A stretch of DNA of 63,428 bases, the filler included, from Pirum gemmata (lineage: Eukaryota), in the NCBI GenBank assembly GCA_002812295.1. It is 30 parts of 30 records of this genome, joined end to end, with 100 filler letters (N's around TTAATTAATTAA, not from the genome) between each part and the next. Parts side by side here need not be neighbours in the genome. Positions count along the whole stretch, not along the records: positions 61,538 to 63,428 come from PDIN01009936.1; 29 more parts are not named here. The stretch is one strand, 5' to 3'. Shown here one piece after another: positions 62,225 through 63,428 of the stretch. Every line of letters begins with the position of its first letter. Position 1 is the first letter of the stretch. The notes under the pieces are model-generated. The model did no database searches. It had not been told where the DNA came from and worked only from the letters and a program-made list of their open reading frames with translations. The translations under genes and the position numbers were made by a program.

Positions 62225-63366
62225 GATAAATTAAACCCTCTCACCATATATCATATGTGTGTATTCATTAGTAAGAGAGGGGCTGTGGTTGTTTAACTTT
62301 CCAGAAACTGACGCAGTTTAGGTTATTTTGTGTCATTTTGAATTCGTATATAGTTGTTACAAATTAGACCCTCTCACTATATATTATATGTGTATTAATT
62401 AGTAAGAGAGTGGATGTGACTGTGCCGTGGTTGTTTAACTTCCAGAAACTTATAATGATGCAGTTAAGGTTATTTTGCGTCATTTTGAATTCGTATATAG
62501 TTGTAACAAATTAAACCCTCTCACTATATACTAGAGGTGTATTAATTAGTAAAGAGAGGGACAAGACTGTGACTGTGGTTGTTGAATTTTCCAGAAACTT
62601 ATAATGATGTAGTTAAGGTTATTTTGCGTCATTTTGAATAATATAGTTTTGACAAATTAGACCCTCTCACTATATATATTTGTGTATTAATTAGTAAAGA
62701 GAGGGGATAAGAGTGTGACTGTGGTTGTTTTCACTTTCCAGAAACTTATAATGATGCAGTTAAGGTTATTTTGCGTCATGTTTAATTCGTATATAGTTTT
62801 GACAAATCAGACCCTCTCACTATATACTATGTTTATTAATTAGTAAAGAGAGGGGCTAAGACTGACTGTCGTTGTTTAACTTTCCAGAAACTTAAAATGG
62901 TGTAGTTAAGGTTATTTTGCGTCATTTTGAATTCGTATATACTTTTGACAAATTAAACCCTCTCACTATATACTATATGTGTATTAATTAGTAAAGAGAG
63001 GGGATAATAGTGTAACTGTGGTTGTTTGAACTTACCAGAAACGTATAATGATGTAGTTAAGGTTATTTTGCGTCATTTTGAATTCGTATATAATTTTGAC
63101 AAATTAAACCCTCTCACTATATACTATAGGTGTATTAATTAGTAAGAGAGGACATATGAATGTGACTGTGGTTGTTTAACTTTCCAGAAATTTATTAAAT
63201 AATGATGTAGTTAAGGTTATTTTGGGTCATTTTGCATTATAGTTTTGACAAAATAGACCCTCTCACTATATACTATATGTGTATTAATTAGTAAAAGAGG
63301 AGATATGAATGTGACCGTGGTACTAGAATGATGCAGTTAAGGTTATTTTGCGTCATTTTGAATTCG
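62225..63366 (+). repeat. Satellite, 8 diverged copies of a ~148-bp unit
   Basis: ccctctcac starts at 62236, 62369, 62516, 62662, 62812, 62958, 63109 and 63258 (periods 133, 147, 146, 150, 146, 151, 149). Confidence 0.95.
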
Positions 63367-63397
63367 TTTTGAATGAAGTATTGATGCTTTTCTTTTT

Positions 63398-63428
<31 letters not shown>

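Overview
This window is not a contiguous locus. It is a concatenation of 30 short unplaced scaffolds (mostly about 1.9 kb, a few 2.6-3.2 kb) joined by 29 identical artificial 100-nt spacers (N44-TTAATTAATTAA-N44), so adjacency across spacers means nothing. The source is a very AT-rich, intron-rich, microsatellite-laden eukaryote using the standard code and GT-AG introns. The gene mix (tyrosine-motif LRR receptor, RGS, orphan 7TM protein, perilipin-like protein, CotH, TTAGGG repeats) suggests a unicellular opisthokont, plausibly a holozoan such as an ichthyosporean (inference). Complete single-exon genes: a perilipin-like protein, a secreted GPI-type CotH protein with degenerate catalytic motifs, a ZIP transporter, and an RGS-globin-CaaX fusion, which is the most novel-looking item. 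Partial genes reconstructed by hand: DnaJ, GPCR-like, MON2, tandem BRCT, LRR receptor, STK32-like, COPB1, TRM5, prolyl-tRNA synthetase and several orphans. Mobile DNA: a decayed ISL2EU/Harbinger-type transposase, nested LTR-retrotransposon remnants and at least five MITE-like families. Recurrent structural themes: interstitial telomere-type and TTA-NNN hexamer arrays filling introns, tandem 'echoes' of exon 3' ends plus their splice donors inside the following intron, a ~148-bp satellite and CTAG-rich patches. Most ORFs in the supplied track are microsatellite artefacts. All family assignments come from remembered motifs, not database searches.
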